63,398 bases of DNA, filler included, from Reticulomyxa filosa (GCA_000512085.1; 28 parts of 28 records of this genome joined end to end with filler, not necessarily neighbours in it), one strand, 5' to 3'; shown: positions 10,741 to 24,744, counted from the whole stretch's first letter. Made by a program: numbers and translations. The notes: a model not told the origin generated them from the letters alone.

Positions 10741-13700
10741 AATGAAATTGTTGTGTTGTTCACAACCAATTGGTTTGAAAACAGTTGTGAACATTTGTTT
10801 CCAAAAGTGGTTTATTCACGACCTGTGGAAACCAAAAGTGACGACAATAGTGACAATAACAATAGCAATAACAATAATAATAGTAATGATAATGCTAACA
10901 ACAGATTCGAAAATGTTGCAAACAAACCAACCTCGAAACTCTCTCAAGAGATGGCAGACACTCTCAAACCTGACAAAGCGAATTCGTTGAAACGCGATGA
11001 GACCGACGATCTATTCCGACTTGCCGTTGTGAAGTCTGAGCGCCACGAGAAAACCCGACGCGAAAAAATAAGCGAGTCGGTGCTGAACATTGATGTCAAC
11101 CGGATGGAACTCTACATCCACGATGAAAACTACGACCGTCTCCCGCCCATTTTGGTTTTGGGGTTCACCGATCTGCACGTGCGCAGCACGTATACGGGAC
11201 CGATCCAAGGAAAAGTGGAAGCGCACATGCTGTGGCACGGCAGTAAGTTTGATGAGAAAAATAATAACCCTTCTCCGTTGATATGTCCGTGGCAATGCAG
11301 TGTTGCTATGAAACAAGACATTAATCCGGAAATGGAGATTGAGGTATACTATATATGTACGCATATATGTATATATGCTTATATGTATATATATATATAT
11401 ACATATATATATATAATGTATTTACAAAAAAAAACAGATTCAAAGCACTCATCCAATTGATGCCTTTATATCCGATATTGTTGTCAGTCGACTGCAATCG
11501 AATGCCAACCACTGGATAGCGGCGTTTAGTAGTCCAAGCGAGAGTGAGATGAATACCAAGAAAGGACATTCAAAAAGCGGAGGGTCTTGGACGGATATTG
11601 CGTTGATGGGCAAGAACGCGCTGTTCGATCGCGAGGGTGGAAGCCGCTGGTATTCCAGCCAAAGCACCACCGACGTGTTGGCGCGCAGGAATAGGCCGAT
11701 CAATCGTTCGATCAACGAAATACCTAGTCGTAGCCATCATCACAACAAGAGCGATCAATCCATGGCGTCAAAGGTGAATCGTCGTGCGTTGTCGACGGAC
11801 GTGGCGTATTTGAAGAACAAGACGGAACAGTTGCTGGTGAAGTGGAAAGTTGATTTCTTGGTGCCACATTTCTCCTTGTTTTTAGAAAAGCCAAGCATGA
11901 ATGTCACCATTTGCAAAATCGAAACGCACTCTTTCCACGTCCAATACTTGTCCGACGAGAAAAAAGAGTACTTTGAAATCAAAACAAAGTACATTGGTTT
12001 GTACGACTACGTGCAGCAAGCGGGCAAGTCCTTTCAAATGCTGGTGGAAACCACCCATAGCATGCGCAACGAATTTCTCAAGATTGTTTTTGTCCACCTC
12101 AAGTTTTGTCATACCTTTTGCGTGACACACTTGCACTTGTTCCCTCTAAATGCATTTTCTTGGAGAGCCATTGCATAAACATACATATCCCTACATAGTC
12201 AACCGGCTGAAGGCGAGCCCGAAAACTTTCTCAAATTCCGATTGGATACCCTCACGATTAACTATAATCCCGAGTGCATCTTGCATCTTGTTATGTTTTT
12301 CAAAGCCGCGCAAAGAGATGCCAAGCCGACAGAAGAAAAGGACAAAAAAAAAAAAAAATTATAAAACCATTTGTCCATATTATATATTTATGCATTGACC
12401 CATATATACACACATATATATATACATATATATATATGTGTATATGTATGAATTGTTTTTTTGTGTCAAGCCAAAGCGCTCGCTGCACAACCTCTCATCC
12501 GATCTCATGTCTCCAAGTAAAGCGCCATTGGAAAAGAATCGCTCGGTGACGTTGAAAATCAAGTACAAGTTCCAGCAACTAAACATTCGACTGAACAAGC
12601 CCCATCGACAACGACACGTGGCGCAATTTGGATTGGCGGAGACTAATTTGACGTTTTATCTCTACGGGGATTACTCGTACAGTTTGAAGGCCAATATCGG
12701 AAACTTTACGGCGTTGGACTTGACCAATATGGGCAAAGAGATGTCGTCGATAAAGATGCGGAGTCCGATGATTTTGGGTTTGACCGAGTCCTCGCACAAT
12801 GCGTGGAACATAACGGACAACGCAATGAGCGGTGGCCCCAAAGTGCGCAGCAACAAAGTGTTGTTCAAGTTTAGTTACGACGTGTCTCTGTTCGACACGC
12901 TGACACATCGGTATGAAACAAATGTGAGTGCATCGATATCCCCGATGGTGTTTGTGTATCACAATCTGTTGGTAATGGAGATCTTCGACTACATTCAGTC
13001 GGGGATGCTGGGCCTGTTCACAATGTCGTCGAAAGTGAAAGGAGCGAACGACGACGAGATCAAGCAGCTGTTGAGTCCATTGAACGAAGGCAATTACGAC
13101 AACGAAGTGAGCTTCGACCATCTGGACCCATTGACACCGCCTCCTCCGCCATTGCACTTGGTCGAAGAGGCGACAACGACAAACGCGATGGCGACGAACG
13201 CGGATCAAAAGCCCAAAAGAAGACGAGTCCGAGGCCATGGCGGTAGCAATGACAAGCAAAAGAAGAGCCACTCGTCGATCCTCGGCAGCGGGAGCTTTGG
13301 AATGCTGAGCGCAGATATCACCGATATGGACACGGCGATCAAGTACTCGATTACGATTGATAAGCCCATCATTGCATTCCCGTTGAATCGCACGAGTGAA
13401 CATACCATCGACTTGAACTTGGGCTCCATTTCGATATCTAACAAAGTGCGCATGGATGGAAACAAAAAGAAGGCATCGGAGAGAGTCCACTCGATCAGTC
13501 GACCCGAGTCCAACGAAGACCTGATCGTAGTCGAAGACATGTGCATCAAGATGGAGCACGTGCAGCTGACCTCAAGTCAGAATCGTCAAACCCGAATTAT
13601 GGAAATGTCCGTCAACACCACGGTCACGAGGGGATTATCGTGGACCAAAATCTTGGAACCCAATTTTCGAATCAATACGACCATTGCCGAACTCAAAGTT

Positions 13701-15461
13701 CGAATGTCGCAGCAGAACTGCAAGAGCGTGCTGGCCATGCTGTGGGGCAATATTTGGGCTCCTTATGAGGTACACAAAGTGGAAAGCATTTCCCCACGTT
13801 TGGAAGATATGCAGTCGTTCCAATCCACAGAGGCTAAAAAACTCTGCTTGCTCACCAAAAAGTCCGAACGCGAGACTCTGGAAGACGCCGTTGACGAAAT
13901 CAATCAGGTCATCCAATCCAAGAGCAAAGAGCAAATCCAAAAGTACGAACACGAAATCAAACAAGACCAGAAGAAACATCGATCACATTATGAAATGCTC
14001 GAAAGGGAGGAAAACGTCGGATGCGGATGGACGAAGGAACAAAAGACACAGCTGCAAAGACTAAAGACCTTGATGAGCAGTTATCACCCTTTGCCCAGCA
14101 CCTCCATTAGCGCCCCGTTGAAAAAAGAAATCCAAGAAGAGTTTCGAATCCTACACGTCACCGTCTCCGAACTCATGGTCATACGCGTGCAGTACCAACG
14201 TCTTTTGTGGAACAAAGAGATTGACAGCGCTTGGAAACATAAAGAGCAAACACAGAGAAGCTAAGTTGTTTTTTTTTTTTTTTTTTAAGAATACCACCTT
14301 TTAGTTTATGTGTAAAGTGAGGAATTTATTATACCACTTGCGACAATTACATAAAATCAAAAATAAACAATACACAATAACAAATGGAAATATAGAGCCA
14401 CAAATCATAGTGACAGTTGCCGAACCCCATATCACGATCAATCCTCAGGCCACACTGCGGTCATTCGATTTTGATGAGGCGCCGCCTGCTCATCGCGCAA
14501 AGACACTACCCAAAGACAGGTTCTTTGAACTGTCGGTCTCCAAAGATTTGGAGGCAAAGAAACGAGCAATGGACCGCACTGCAGCCTCGGCGTTGTCGTC
14601 CAGTTTTCTGGGAGATCTTATGCAATCGCCACGCAAAGAGGAAGTTGCTGTCAACGCCAAGCCCGCTATGACGGCCGTGAAGTTTGCGTTCGATGAGGAA
14701 TTCACCGAGTTTGTATCCATGTCCATGGATTTCCAAATTAACAAAGTGGTGCTCAAGCTGCAAAACAATCGCTCCCCTTTTTGCGAGTTTGGCATTGATC
14801 GTTTCCAAACCCATTTCAAACGTGAACACAGTGGAGATACAGATCTACGTATCACTACAGCTGTTTGTTTGTTTTTTTTAAATATCTATTTGATTATTTG
14901 TTTGTTTAAACGTTTTTTGTATATACCATATATACATACATATATATACATATATATGTATATATAAGGCCATTCGACTAAACAATATCAACAACTCCGG
15001 CCCACCTCAAGCATTCACAAAGATGCTATGTCCCTTTGAAGAAATCAAGCAGTTTTTGAAACGAAAGGGCGGAAAAGAAAACGAGGAGACAGTGGTCGGC
15101 AAAACGACGTTGGAAAACACTGTGCCTTTGTTGGACTACCAACAAAAGTATACCATAGATGGCCGAACTGTGACAAAGATTGAAATTGCGGAGCCTTGTG
15201 GATTCTTGCTCCCCTCGCTGTTGAAAGACCTGCAAGATTTTGCCACTGCGGTGACAAGCGACGACACCAACGTGTCCAGTGACGAAAACAAAATTTTAAC
15301 GCCGCAAGAAGACCATCATGGTGCCGCAGTGGTCGCTCTTCCCAACTCGCAGAATGATTTGCTTTTGAAAATAAAAGAAGCTCGAATCATTTGTTTGGAA
15401 GATGTTAGTTTTATTACACACATATTATATATATATGTATATGTATATGTATATGTTATAT
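10741..15461 (+). CDS. VPS13: VPS13/chorein-family bridge-like lipid transfer protein, internal multi-exon fragment
   Basis: Consecutive + strand exons (ORFs 10753, 11549, 12438, 14308, 15023) carry amphipathic beta-groove repeats, including IDKPIIAFPLNRTSEHTIDLNLGSISISN (VPS13 middle-repeat motif IxxPxIxxP...LxLDLGxIxIxN) and SLKANIGNFTALDLT. Confidence 0.8.
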
Positions 15462-15561
15462 NNNNNNNNNNNNNNNNNNNNNNNNNNNNNNNNNNNNNNN
15501 NNNNNTTAATTAATTAANNNNNNNNNNNNNNNNNNNNNNNNNNNNNNNNNNNNNNNNNNNN

Positions 15562-16173
15562 TTTTTTTTTTTTTTTTTTTTTTTGGCTCACTTAACATCA
15601 TGACCGGAAATGAAATAAACGAAACCCTTTCGGTACCAACAACTCTTTTGCGAAATATAACACGCTCGAATCCTTTTCGAATAATGACAGAATTGGCTTC
15701 ACATTGAAACATATCACGAGGGAGGGGAGAAAGGTTATTGTTCCGATCACCACTGCCAACTGCAACCAGTTCCCGGCGAGATTCGAGTTTCCTGCACCAA
15801 TCGCTTGGGAACACAGACTATTCAAGGAATAACACGGGGCATAGATAAATGTTTGCAACAGCTGCATGCACACTGTCGCCAAGGATGAACCTGCCAACTC
15901 GCTTGTTCCCAAGTGCCCCAGAAAGGCCGTGTCGATGTTAAACATTGCTACACGTGCTATTGTTGCTATCATCACTGGCCATGCTATCTTACTTATCGCT
16001 TTCATCTCTTTCTTGAAATTTTCTTTGGAATATTCTGTTTGCTTCCATTCATGCTTGACGTCTTCTTTATTCTCGGTTTCGTCAAGGGCTAAAGCGAGTG
16101 CGACATCATCTATCCCATGTCCTGGAGAAGCATTCAGGCATTCATTTTCTATTATTTCCTTTGGTGACAACAT
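15562..16173 (-). CDS. MATE family efflux transporter, N-terminal half, 3' truncated
   Basis: EMKAISKIAWPVMIA...IDTAFLGHLGTSELAGSSLA...LNSLCSQAIGAGN...WLQLA matches the eukaryotic MATE N-lobe signature. ATG at 16173. Confidence 0.92.
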
Positions 16174-16884
16174 TCAATCTTTGAATTTTATTTGTTCAAG
16201 TCAAACTATTACACCATTGAAAAATGCCACTCCTTTCTTCTCCCGTTTCGAATTTTTTTTATCTTACAGAGATTTGTTAGTATAAAACCGGTGAGTTCCA
16301 TAAGGGTCGTGAAACATCTTGAAGTGCTTATTGATTCACTGCAGAGGAAGATTTGGAATTTTGTTATCTTATTTGGTAGTGTCAGTGCAAACTTTAAAAA
16401 TCAAATTTTTTGGATGATTCAAGTGAGTAATATACTTAGGGCTAACTAAGAAAGACTTGAAAAGCATGTATAATCATACGAAAAATATAAAAAACCTGCA
16501 AAGGTCGTATACTGATTCTTGTGAACGAGAAAAGAGCAACAAAAACTGTTTGAGAAGACAGCACATATTGATTTCTTTTGAGCTAAACACGTAACAAAGT
16601 GAATCAACAATGAAAGCAAAGCAACTATTATGGTAATGAACCAGTATTTTGAGATTAAAATAATAACTCGGTTATTATCAAAGAGCACACGCACAGTTTA
16701 AATCTTCTCAAATTTTCAAAGTAAATCCTGGTGAGAAAATTCCAAGATTTCTTTCAATTGTGACAAAAGTCTGAAAAAAAGAGGGATGATTATATTTCTA
16801 TTTTTGTTTGAGTTTTTTATATAAAAAAAAAAAGAAAGAATGAGCATTCGTTCTGTCTTTTCTTTCTCTTTCTTTTTGGCATTA

Positions 16885-18202
16885 CTATTTGTCTTCGTCT
16901 TCGCCCCCTTCCTCCGTCATCTTAGCGCGCATAGCCTTAATCGCTTGAAATTCATTGTAGTGTGCCGCCCTTTTGGCCTTGAATTTCGACTGTTGTCGTT
17001 TCTCTTTATCGTCTGTAATTCAGACAAGTGATAATTGAGTAATGTAGTAATATATACCAAAAGCGAAGCGCACCTCGTCTGTCCTCCCTCTCTTCCCCCT
17101 CTCCCCTTTGCTCCTTTGATCTGTTTGAAATGGAACGCAGTATATGTCCGATTGCGAAACCAAACAGCGTATAAAAAAAAGACACAAATAAGTACAACAA
17201 AAAAAATTAAAAAAAATAAAAAAAAAGTCAATGAACAACAATGCGACAACACATTATAAAAGATAACGTGGCACGTCATGTCCATGTTCTTGTTCATGCT
17301 CATGTTCATGTTCATGTTCAGCAGACTCCCATTCGGATGCAGTAGAATGGATTTGTTCCGCTTGTTTCTGGAGTGCTTGTGTGGCCATTTTTTCTCTGTA
17401 TTCATCGTCTCCCAAGAGTAATGCTTGTCTTTATTTCCAAAAAAAAAAGGCCAACACAAAAAAAAAAAAAAAAAAAAATCTTTTTTTAATAAAACAAAAA
17501 GACATTACACATAAAGTGAACATCAAACTCAACTGTTGTTGTTCCAGTTTCACTAAAGGATTATCGTGATTAATGGATTGGGAATTGTTATTTTCCAAAC
17601 TATGTGTTGTCATGTTTTCTATTTGTTTATTTTTTTAAAAAAAGAAATTTCGGGTGCAAATTGCAAAAACTATGGAAAAAAAAAAAAAAAAAAAAAACTT
17701 GGTATAAGTAGAAACCACACATAACATATAATTGGAGAATACATAAAAATAAAGGATGAAAGACATATTACATATACATATATACACATATACATATATG
17801 CATATATATGTATACCATCAAGAAGAACGATCTCACTGTCATTCAAGTCAAATTGATCGATTTCCATCAATTCGGACGGCTTATTCAAAAACGGGGTTTT
17901 CGGTTCATTGATCTCCCCTTTTGGAATCGACTCTTTGATTATTTCGTTTTCTTGCAGATTTTGCTCGTCCCATCGAATATTTACCGCCTGTGTTTTTTTG
18001 TTCCCGACTGCTGATACGTCGTTGCTCTTCTTCATCTCACTTTCCTCTTCATTCGCATCGACTTTCGATGTTGTCGCTGTTGTTATTGTTTGACTATCAT
18101 TTTTTGATTCGTTATCCAATTGCTTTTCTTCTTTTTGTCCTTCGTCTTTGTTCACTTCTTTTTCGTTTGTCTTGTCTTGCTCCTCTTCTTCTTCTTCTTC
18201 TT
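16885..18202 (-). CDS. PPP1R2: Protein phosphatase 1 inhibitor-2 (IPP-2/Glc8) homolog, multi-exon, 5' truncated
   Basis: One exon gives NIRWDEQNL...INEPKTPF (IPP-2 xWDE and IxEPxTPY motifs). The last exon gives FKAKRAAHYNEFQAIK (FxxxRKxHYNE motif) and ends at TAG 16885-16887. Confidence 0.88.
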
Positions 18203-18639
18203 NNNNNNNNNNNNNNNNNNNNNNNNNNNNNNNNNNNNNNNNNNNNTTAATTAATTAANNNNNNNNNNNNNNNNNNNNNNNNNNNNNNNNNNNNNNNNNN
18301 NNTGCGCTTTTTCATTTTTGCGCTTTTCATTCACTCATTTTTTTTAATTACTTTTTTATCACGGTTATACACAAAATAAAATTTACACTTAATCAATCCT
18401 TTTTTTTTATTTGAAGAAAAATTATACGGTTTCAATTTCGTATATGTTATGTTTGAACAAATTTTTGAAATCACTTTTAACTCGCTGAACAACAGCAACA
18501 AATTTTGGTAGAAGTTTTGCTTTGTTTCAAACTCTTTGGTCACTTACAAACAATAACTCTTAATTGCCTACCGAAAAAATATATTTACTTTTTGAACTAT
18601 ATTTCGTAATTGACTTAAACTATTAATACATAATTGTCT

Positions 18640-19250
18640 ATTGACTTTCTATATCGTCATGATAACAAGTGTCGCTTCTCCGGCTTCGGCAATACATTTG
18701 GTCCAAGATTCAACTGCTTTATCCAAGGATATTAATCTAATGACGAAATTTGATCAATATATTGCATCCAATTGTAAATGTCACTTTTCAGTATCAATTA
18801 AATTGTTCAAATTTGTTAATAATTAGATTCCAAGTATCAATCTTTTGTGTTTAAATATTTATGAATGCCACGTGGTCGATTTGAACGTTATTGAAAGATT
18901 ATTACAAATTCAATTCACGTCATGTTATCCAATTACTAATCAATAAAAGAATATACAATGATTTGACATCGATGCTTTATGTCACATTGTCTTTCATGAA
19001 TGTACAGTCAAATGATAATGTGTTAATAATATGCAATCTATTGAATAAAATGAAGTCAAGAATGTATTTACATAATAGTCAATATTATAATCAAGCAATA
19101 CATGATGATTTGCATTCATTTCATACATTGACAATTTTTATAGAAAATTGTAATTCTTGCTCAAATACTGCAAGTTTCAATATAAACTTCAGAATAATAT
19201 TTTTTTTATTATGACATGATTACAATCAACACCTTGAAATATTAGTTCAT
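18640..19250 (-). mobile_element. Decayed non-LTR retrotransposon (LINE) ORF2 apurinic-endonuclease region
   Basis: Broken minus-strand frames give, in the order expected for the APE domain and linker: (E)MNANHH (GDFNAHH-like, 19102-19119), ILDFILFNRLHIINT...TF...SIDV, xDH (~18870), W-N-L, and SLDKAVESWTKCIAEAGEATL. Many stops and frameshifts. Confidence 0.55.
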
Positions 19251-20244
19251 TTCTTCTTTTCTCGTTAACTTAGTTCTAAGTTTTTATATTATCTTTTGAA
19301 TATTCTTCTTGCACAATACAAATCGACGCCAACTTGCATTATTCTTGTGCCTACATTTTAATGATTTGTTATTCCTTATACAAGTTTTTAAATACTATTT
19401 CATCAATATTCTTTTCTTCGTTTTGTTACATACTTGAGCTTTGCAATACAACTTTGAACGTCGAATATTGATTCTTTACTTTATTCGCAATGTCATATGT
19501 TAATCACTATCTGATTTCTTTCGTTTTGTGACTGTTCTTCTATTGCAATGTTTGTCGACGTCCATATCATTTCTAGACGTCATTTTGGATTGCCGTTGCT
19601 AGTTTCTGTGATCAGTCATATCAATTACATTCCAACTCCATACTATATTCATTTCCGATACCATCATTTATATTAGCATTTGATTGTTCACTATTGACAG
19701 ACATGAAGTTCTGCCAAACATAAAAACCAGGTATTTGCATCGATATTACCAATTTCTCAAAGGCGTCGTACACTATTAAGGTAATCAATGTTCGGTCTTC
19801 TCCCTCAAGGTGCCAGTTTCCAGTAAAATGATTATTATCACATTTACCAGTTTGTACTTTTTGATAAAGGTTAATATCAATATCAATTGTGAACGTGTTA
19901 AAATTTTTTTTGTATTGTTCACCTTTTATCGTTTCTTACGATTTTTTTTGTGTTGTTGCTCGATATAAGATCACTTTACTCTTGATATGTCGAAAATTTA
20001 TTTTTTTTGTTATTTATCACTTATCAATCAAAGAATATTAGTGATTTTATTTAAATAAATTTCAATTTATTAAATATGATACTTTACCAACTAATAATTG
20101 GATACAATATTATTGCTTTTTATCAAAATCAGAAAATGGACATGACAAGAATGATAAACCAAATGATTTATTGCTGTTACTTTTTTTTTTAATACAACCT
20201 TTTTTGAAGAAAAAAAAAATCTTGATCATAAGAAAGAAATTGTA

Positions 20245-22649
20245 ATGCTGTCCTTGAATGACGGTGGAGAAGAAAAGAAAATAGAAAACGAAAAAGAAAC
20301 GTTTTCCGTTTCTAGTTGTTATAACAAAGACTGGATTTTGTTGACTAATGAGCAACAGAAATTGAACACATTTGTCTGCTCTCTTTGCAATCAAATTGCA
20401 AATAATGCGGTGGAATTGCATTGTGATGAACACGAAAATGAAGAACAAGCGTATTTGGTTGGAGAAGAATGTTTGCAAATGTATTTGAAACAAAATAATG
20501 GAAAATGTCCAATTAGACAACACGATCATTGCGAATTTACAAAAGGTAAAATTGCAAGACAACAAGTTTCAGATTTATTGGTAATCTGCCCTCGACAATA
20601 TGATTTGAAAAAGAAACAATCAAAAGAAGGAATAAACATTGGAGAAAAGGAAGAAATTGAAAATGAATCAAATTGTAATTCAACAAATCAATGCAATTAC
20701 AAAGGAAAAATAAAGGAACTAAAAAATCATTTGGATAAATCGTGTCAATTAATTTCAATTCAACAAGCTATTTCATTAGTTAAAGAATTGCAATTACAAA
20801 CAGTTTTGTCATTTGTTTTTGTGTTTTTTTTTTTAGAATAATTATAGTTAAAAAAAATTGGAAAAGATAAAATAAAATAAAATAAAAAAAAGGAAAAGCT
20901 AAAAGAAAACAGTCTGGAATGTAAAAAAGAAATTGAAAAGCTAAAAGAAAATGACAAAGAAAAAGACAAACAAATTCAACAACGCGATGTATCTTTTTTT
21001 TTTTTTTATCTTTAAAGTTGTGAATTTTTTGATTTAATCTTTTTTTGCTTGAATTGTTGAATATAAATAATAGAAACAAATCGATGCTTTACAACATGAA
21101 TCAATGAAAAAAAATGAACAAGTAATTGAATTGAAAAAAGATATTCAACAATTAAAATCAGAAATAGATCAAATCAAAAAGCAAATTGAATTTATGAAAA
21201 TTAATGATAATGAACAATGCAAACAAATTACAAAACTCAATGTAGATATTTTATTTTCAAAAAAAATTTTATCTATATGCATAATGTGCTATTATTTGGA
21301 TCACTTCAAATAACAAACACAGGGTGAAATAAAACAATTGAAAAAAAACAAACTGAAGACAACTCGATCTTAAGGCAACAGGTGTGTTTTCTCTTTTTTT
21401 TATATCTATATAACAAAAAGAAAAAACCAATAAATGATAACAATCAGAACAATATTATCACTGAATTTGAACAAGTGCAAAAAGAAATTAAAATTAAAAA
21501 TGATGAAATTAATAAAATTGAAGCCAATAACGAAGACAAAAAAGAAGATAATAACGATAATCAATTGTCCCAACACTCTATATTCAAATTTGATTTGTTC
21601 CGTTCGTCATCCAAATTAATTAATACATTGACTGGACACACTGGCTGTGTTTATAGCATTGATTATGCAGCATTCAATGATAGTCAACTTATATGCTCTG
21701 GATCAAGTGATAAAACAGTACGTGTATGGGATGTGGATAAAAACAAACAAATTCTATTATTCAGTGGACATTTAGATTATGTTCATTGTGTGAAATTTTC
21801 ACAATATCATTATCATCATCATCGTTGTAATGTTATTTGTTCTTCATCACGTGACAAAACTATTCGTTTTTGGGATGTCAAAGATAATCGACAATTCCAA
21901 AAATTTAATGAACACACTAACTGTGTTATTGGCATTGAATTCTCATCATTTCATGGTGGTAGGTATTTATGTTCTGGATCATGGGACAAAACAATTTGTT
22001 TATGGGATGTTGAAACATTCAAATCATTACATGTTTTCAATGAACACACAGATAACGTTTGGTGTGTGGATATTTCACCATTGCAAAGCAATAACAATTG
22101 TAAAAGTAATAATATTGGTGTAATTGGTGGAAATGGATATACTATTTGCTCTGGGTCATCAGATAAAACTATTCGTATGTGGGATATTGAAACAACTAAA
22201 CAATTGATTGTATTCAATGGACATGAAAGTACTGTGTCTAGTGTAAAATATGGATCAAATGAATTAGGTAATACATTATTATCTGGATCATTTGATAAAA
22301 GTATGCGTTTGTGGGATATTCGATCTGGTCAGCAAATTCAAGTATTTAATGGACATGTACATTGGATTTATGAGTTAAATATTCATCATTTGTAGTAGAT
22401 AATATTGAAATTGATTCAAATGTTATATGTTCTGGATCAAGAGATAATACAATCCGTTTTTGGGATATTCGATCAAATAAGAACGAATTGTATGTAATTA
22501 AAGGAGATAAGAAAGGAGATAATGGAATATCATGCATTAAATTTGTATCATTAAAAAAGAAAGAAAAGAATAATGAAAACATAAATAATGATTGTAGTGT
22601 TCATTTATGTTATGGCTCAAACAATGGTTTCATTCGTGTTTGGGGATGA
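20245..22649 (+). CDS. Degenerate RING + TRAF-type zinc finger + coiled coil + WD40-repeat protein; one frameshift near 22350-22372
   Basis: FVCSLCNQIANNAVELHCDEH...VGEECLQMYLKQNNGKCPI (RING-like), VICP...CNYKGKIKELKNHLDKSC (TRAF zinc finger), heptad exons 20893-21550, and about six WD repeats (GH...SGSxDKTxxxWD). The last repeat is in another frame and ends LCYGSNNGFIRVWG* at 22649. Intron 20803-20892 joins in frame. Confidence 0.88.
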
Positions 22650-22918
22650 ACACAAATTAGTTAGTGAAAAGATAGAATAGATATTTGTGTATGTTCATAC
22701 CCAAAACCAATATAAAGGAAAATTAAAATCTATTTTATTTTGTGTTCAAAAAGTTTTCCAATCAAATGAAATTTTCCATACTTTCACGAAATTTTTGCCC
22801 CTAATTTCATTCACAAAGTTCTCTTTCATTCTTAAAAAAAATCAAATATAAAAAACTTTTACGAAATTGATCATCTTTGAGCACTCATTATAATAAAACC
22901 TACCTTCTAGAGAAAACA

Positions 22919-23105
22919 ATGAGTAACACATAAGATGAAAAGACTTCAAAGGAAATGGAAAGTGGAGTGTCTCCAGTTTCTTCAGAGAAATCTTATTTCG
23001 ATAAAGAGTTGATTTTGCAATTAAACCAGCAAGAGTAAATTAGACACTTTATTTGTTTGATCTGCAAACAAGTCGCCAGAAATCCTATTGAAATAGATTG
23101 TTGCA
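22919..23105 (+). pseudogene. Truncated RING-TRAF family pseudogene (N-terminus only)
   Basis: MSNT*DEK...SYFDKELILQLNQQE*IRHFICLICKQVARNPIEIDC is paralogous to CYNKDWILLTNEQQKLNTFVCSLCNQIANNAVELHC, with two in-frame stops. Confidence 0.75.
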
Positions 23106-23335
23106 GCTTGTTTTTCACTTGATGTTGTCTTTGCTGACTCAAAATAGAACATTTGAATTTTTTTAAAAAAAATATTTTGACGAATTTATTACTTTTAACG
23201 AAATAAACAAAGTAATTTTTTAAAAAGTAGAAAACTTCACATAAACGAAGTACTGTGTTATGATTCGCAAAAAAAGTTCAAATACTTTTTTTTTACATAA
23301 GCAACGCTTTAGAAAAGTATAAAGATTGTATGATT

Positions 23336-24744
23336 TTATAATCCCCAAATTCGAATTTTACAATCTGTAGAACCTGATGCAATTGTATTTTCATTTTGAG
23401 AAACGTCTATACACGCCATAGAACGAGAATGTGCTTCCCATTTATGTATTCACTTTCCTGATTTTACATTCCATAATCGGATTGTGTTACGTGAACATGA
23501 TACAACAAATTTACTATTCGCATTGAAATTCTTTCCATTCTTTTCTTGTTTTAATATCTTATATTCGAATTGTATTATCTAATGGACATGATATAATAAA
23601 CTTGCCACCTGGAGAAAACTTTGCAAGTGTTACACTATCAGTATGTCCTTCGAGTTGTTTTATCTTTGTACCAGATTCTACATTCCACAAACAAATTGTT
23701 TTATCATTTGATGATGATACAATCATTTTACCATCTGGTGAAAATTGTTTACTCAATACATCTTTTGAATATTCTAATAGTTGTTTAATTTCCACTCCAG
23801 AATGTACATCCCATAATCGTATTGTACTATTTCGTAAACCTGATATCAACATATATTTGTTTTCAAGTGTATGATAAGAATAACAAGCCCTTTAAAAATA
23901 GTCTCCACAAATGAGGAGTTCATGTTTATGCAGCACACATTGAGAATAAGAAAATTGAGTATGTAAATCCTTCAAGCCTTGGAAATATGCAGTTGTTTGA
24001 GTGCTCATACTATTAATATTGGGTGATTGACTATTAAGTAGTTAATTTAGAAACAATTAAAATTGGAAATTAACAATAAGACAAAATTCAGTTGTTAAAA
24101 TTAGATAATAAAAATACCCAAATTGAAAGTAATTTGAGACAAAAGCAACAATTTAATTGAAAAAGAAAAAGAAATTGAAAAATTACAAATAATCTCCAAT
24201 AAGAAATAATTAAATATCCTGTATATTTTGAATTATTGAAAAACAAATTTACTGAAAAAGAACAACATATGATCAATCGATACAATTGTCCTGCAAAAGT
24301 TTGTTCTTGTTTTCCTGAAGCCAAATCATATATTCGAATTATTGTTTCAGATTTTAATGCAACAATATTGTGTCCATCATTTGAAAATCTAATATTTATA
24401 AAATTGCTATTCATTGAATTAATTTCAGAAATCTGTAATATTTAGACTGTATCGAATATATGAATGACTTAATAACAAATAAATTGTTTGAGCTTATAAA
24501 AAAAAAGTAACATAACAAATGACAATTTTGTCAAAATCGTAAATCCATCCTAATTGCACGTTCAAATTTCGAGTTCAATTTTTAATTATAATCTTTATCT
24601 TTTCTTCTATATGTGTTTTTGTTAGTCCTAAAAAAAAAAAAATATATATTCATTTGCTTAGTCATATTAGAATTTAGTTTTTACTGAATATTTCCATTGG
24701 TATTTGATTTCATCTATCTGGTTTATCGATACACAGCCCCCCAT
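23336..24744 (-). pseudogene. Second-type WD40-repeat (FSPDG-type) pseudogene
   Basis: Start MGGCVS (24744), exon IIIKN*TRNLNVQLGWIYDFDKIV, then repeats RFSNDGHNIV...IRIYDLASG, IRLWDVHSG, FSPDGKMIVSSSNDKTICLWNVESG and IASGSTDCKIRIWGL*. Contains stops and an unrelated AT-rich interruption at ~23880-24270. Confidence 0.75.

Noticed and set aside
12579-13559. 326-aa antisense ORF and other overlapping ORFs in VPS13, ART, UBR1 and gltB
   Set aside because: Shadow ORFs caused by codon bias on the coding strand; no motifs of their own.
10741-18202. Operon-like or functional linkage among VPS13, MATE, IPP-2 and other neighbours
   Set aside because: VPS13 is separated from the others by a linker, and contig order is arbitrary. 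MATE and IPP-2 share a contig but have no evident functional link.
9477-24600. In-frame TGA/TAA codons in WD40 and RING copies as evidence of an alternative genetic code
   Set aside because: The stops replace different residues (R, W, and K/E/Q-type positions) and co-occur with frameshifts. Intact genes use TAA, TAG and TGA as normal terminators.
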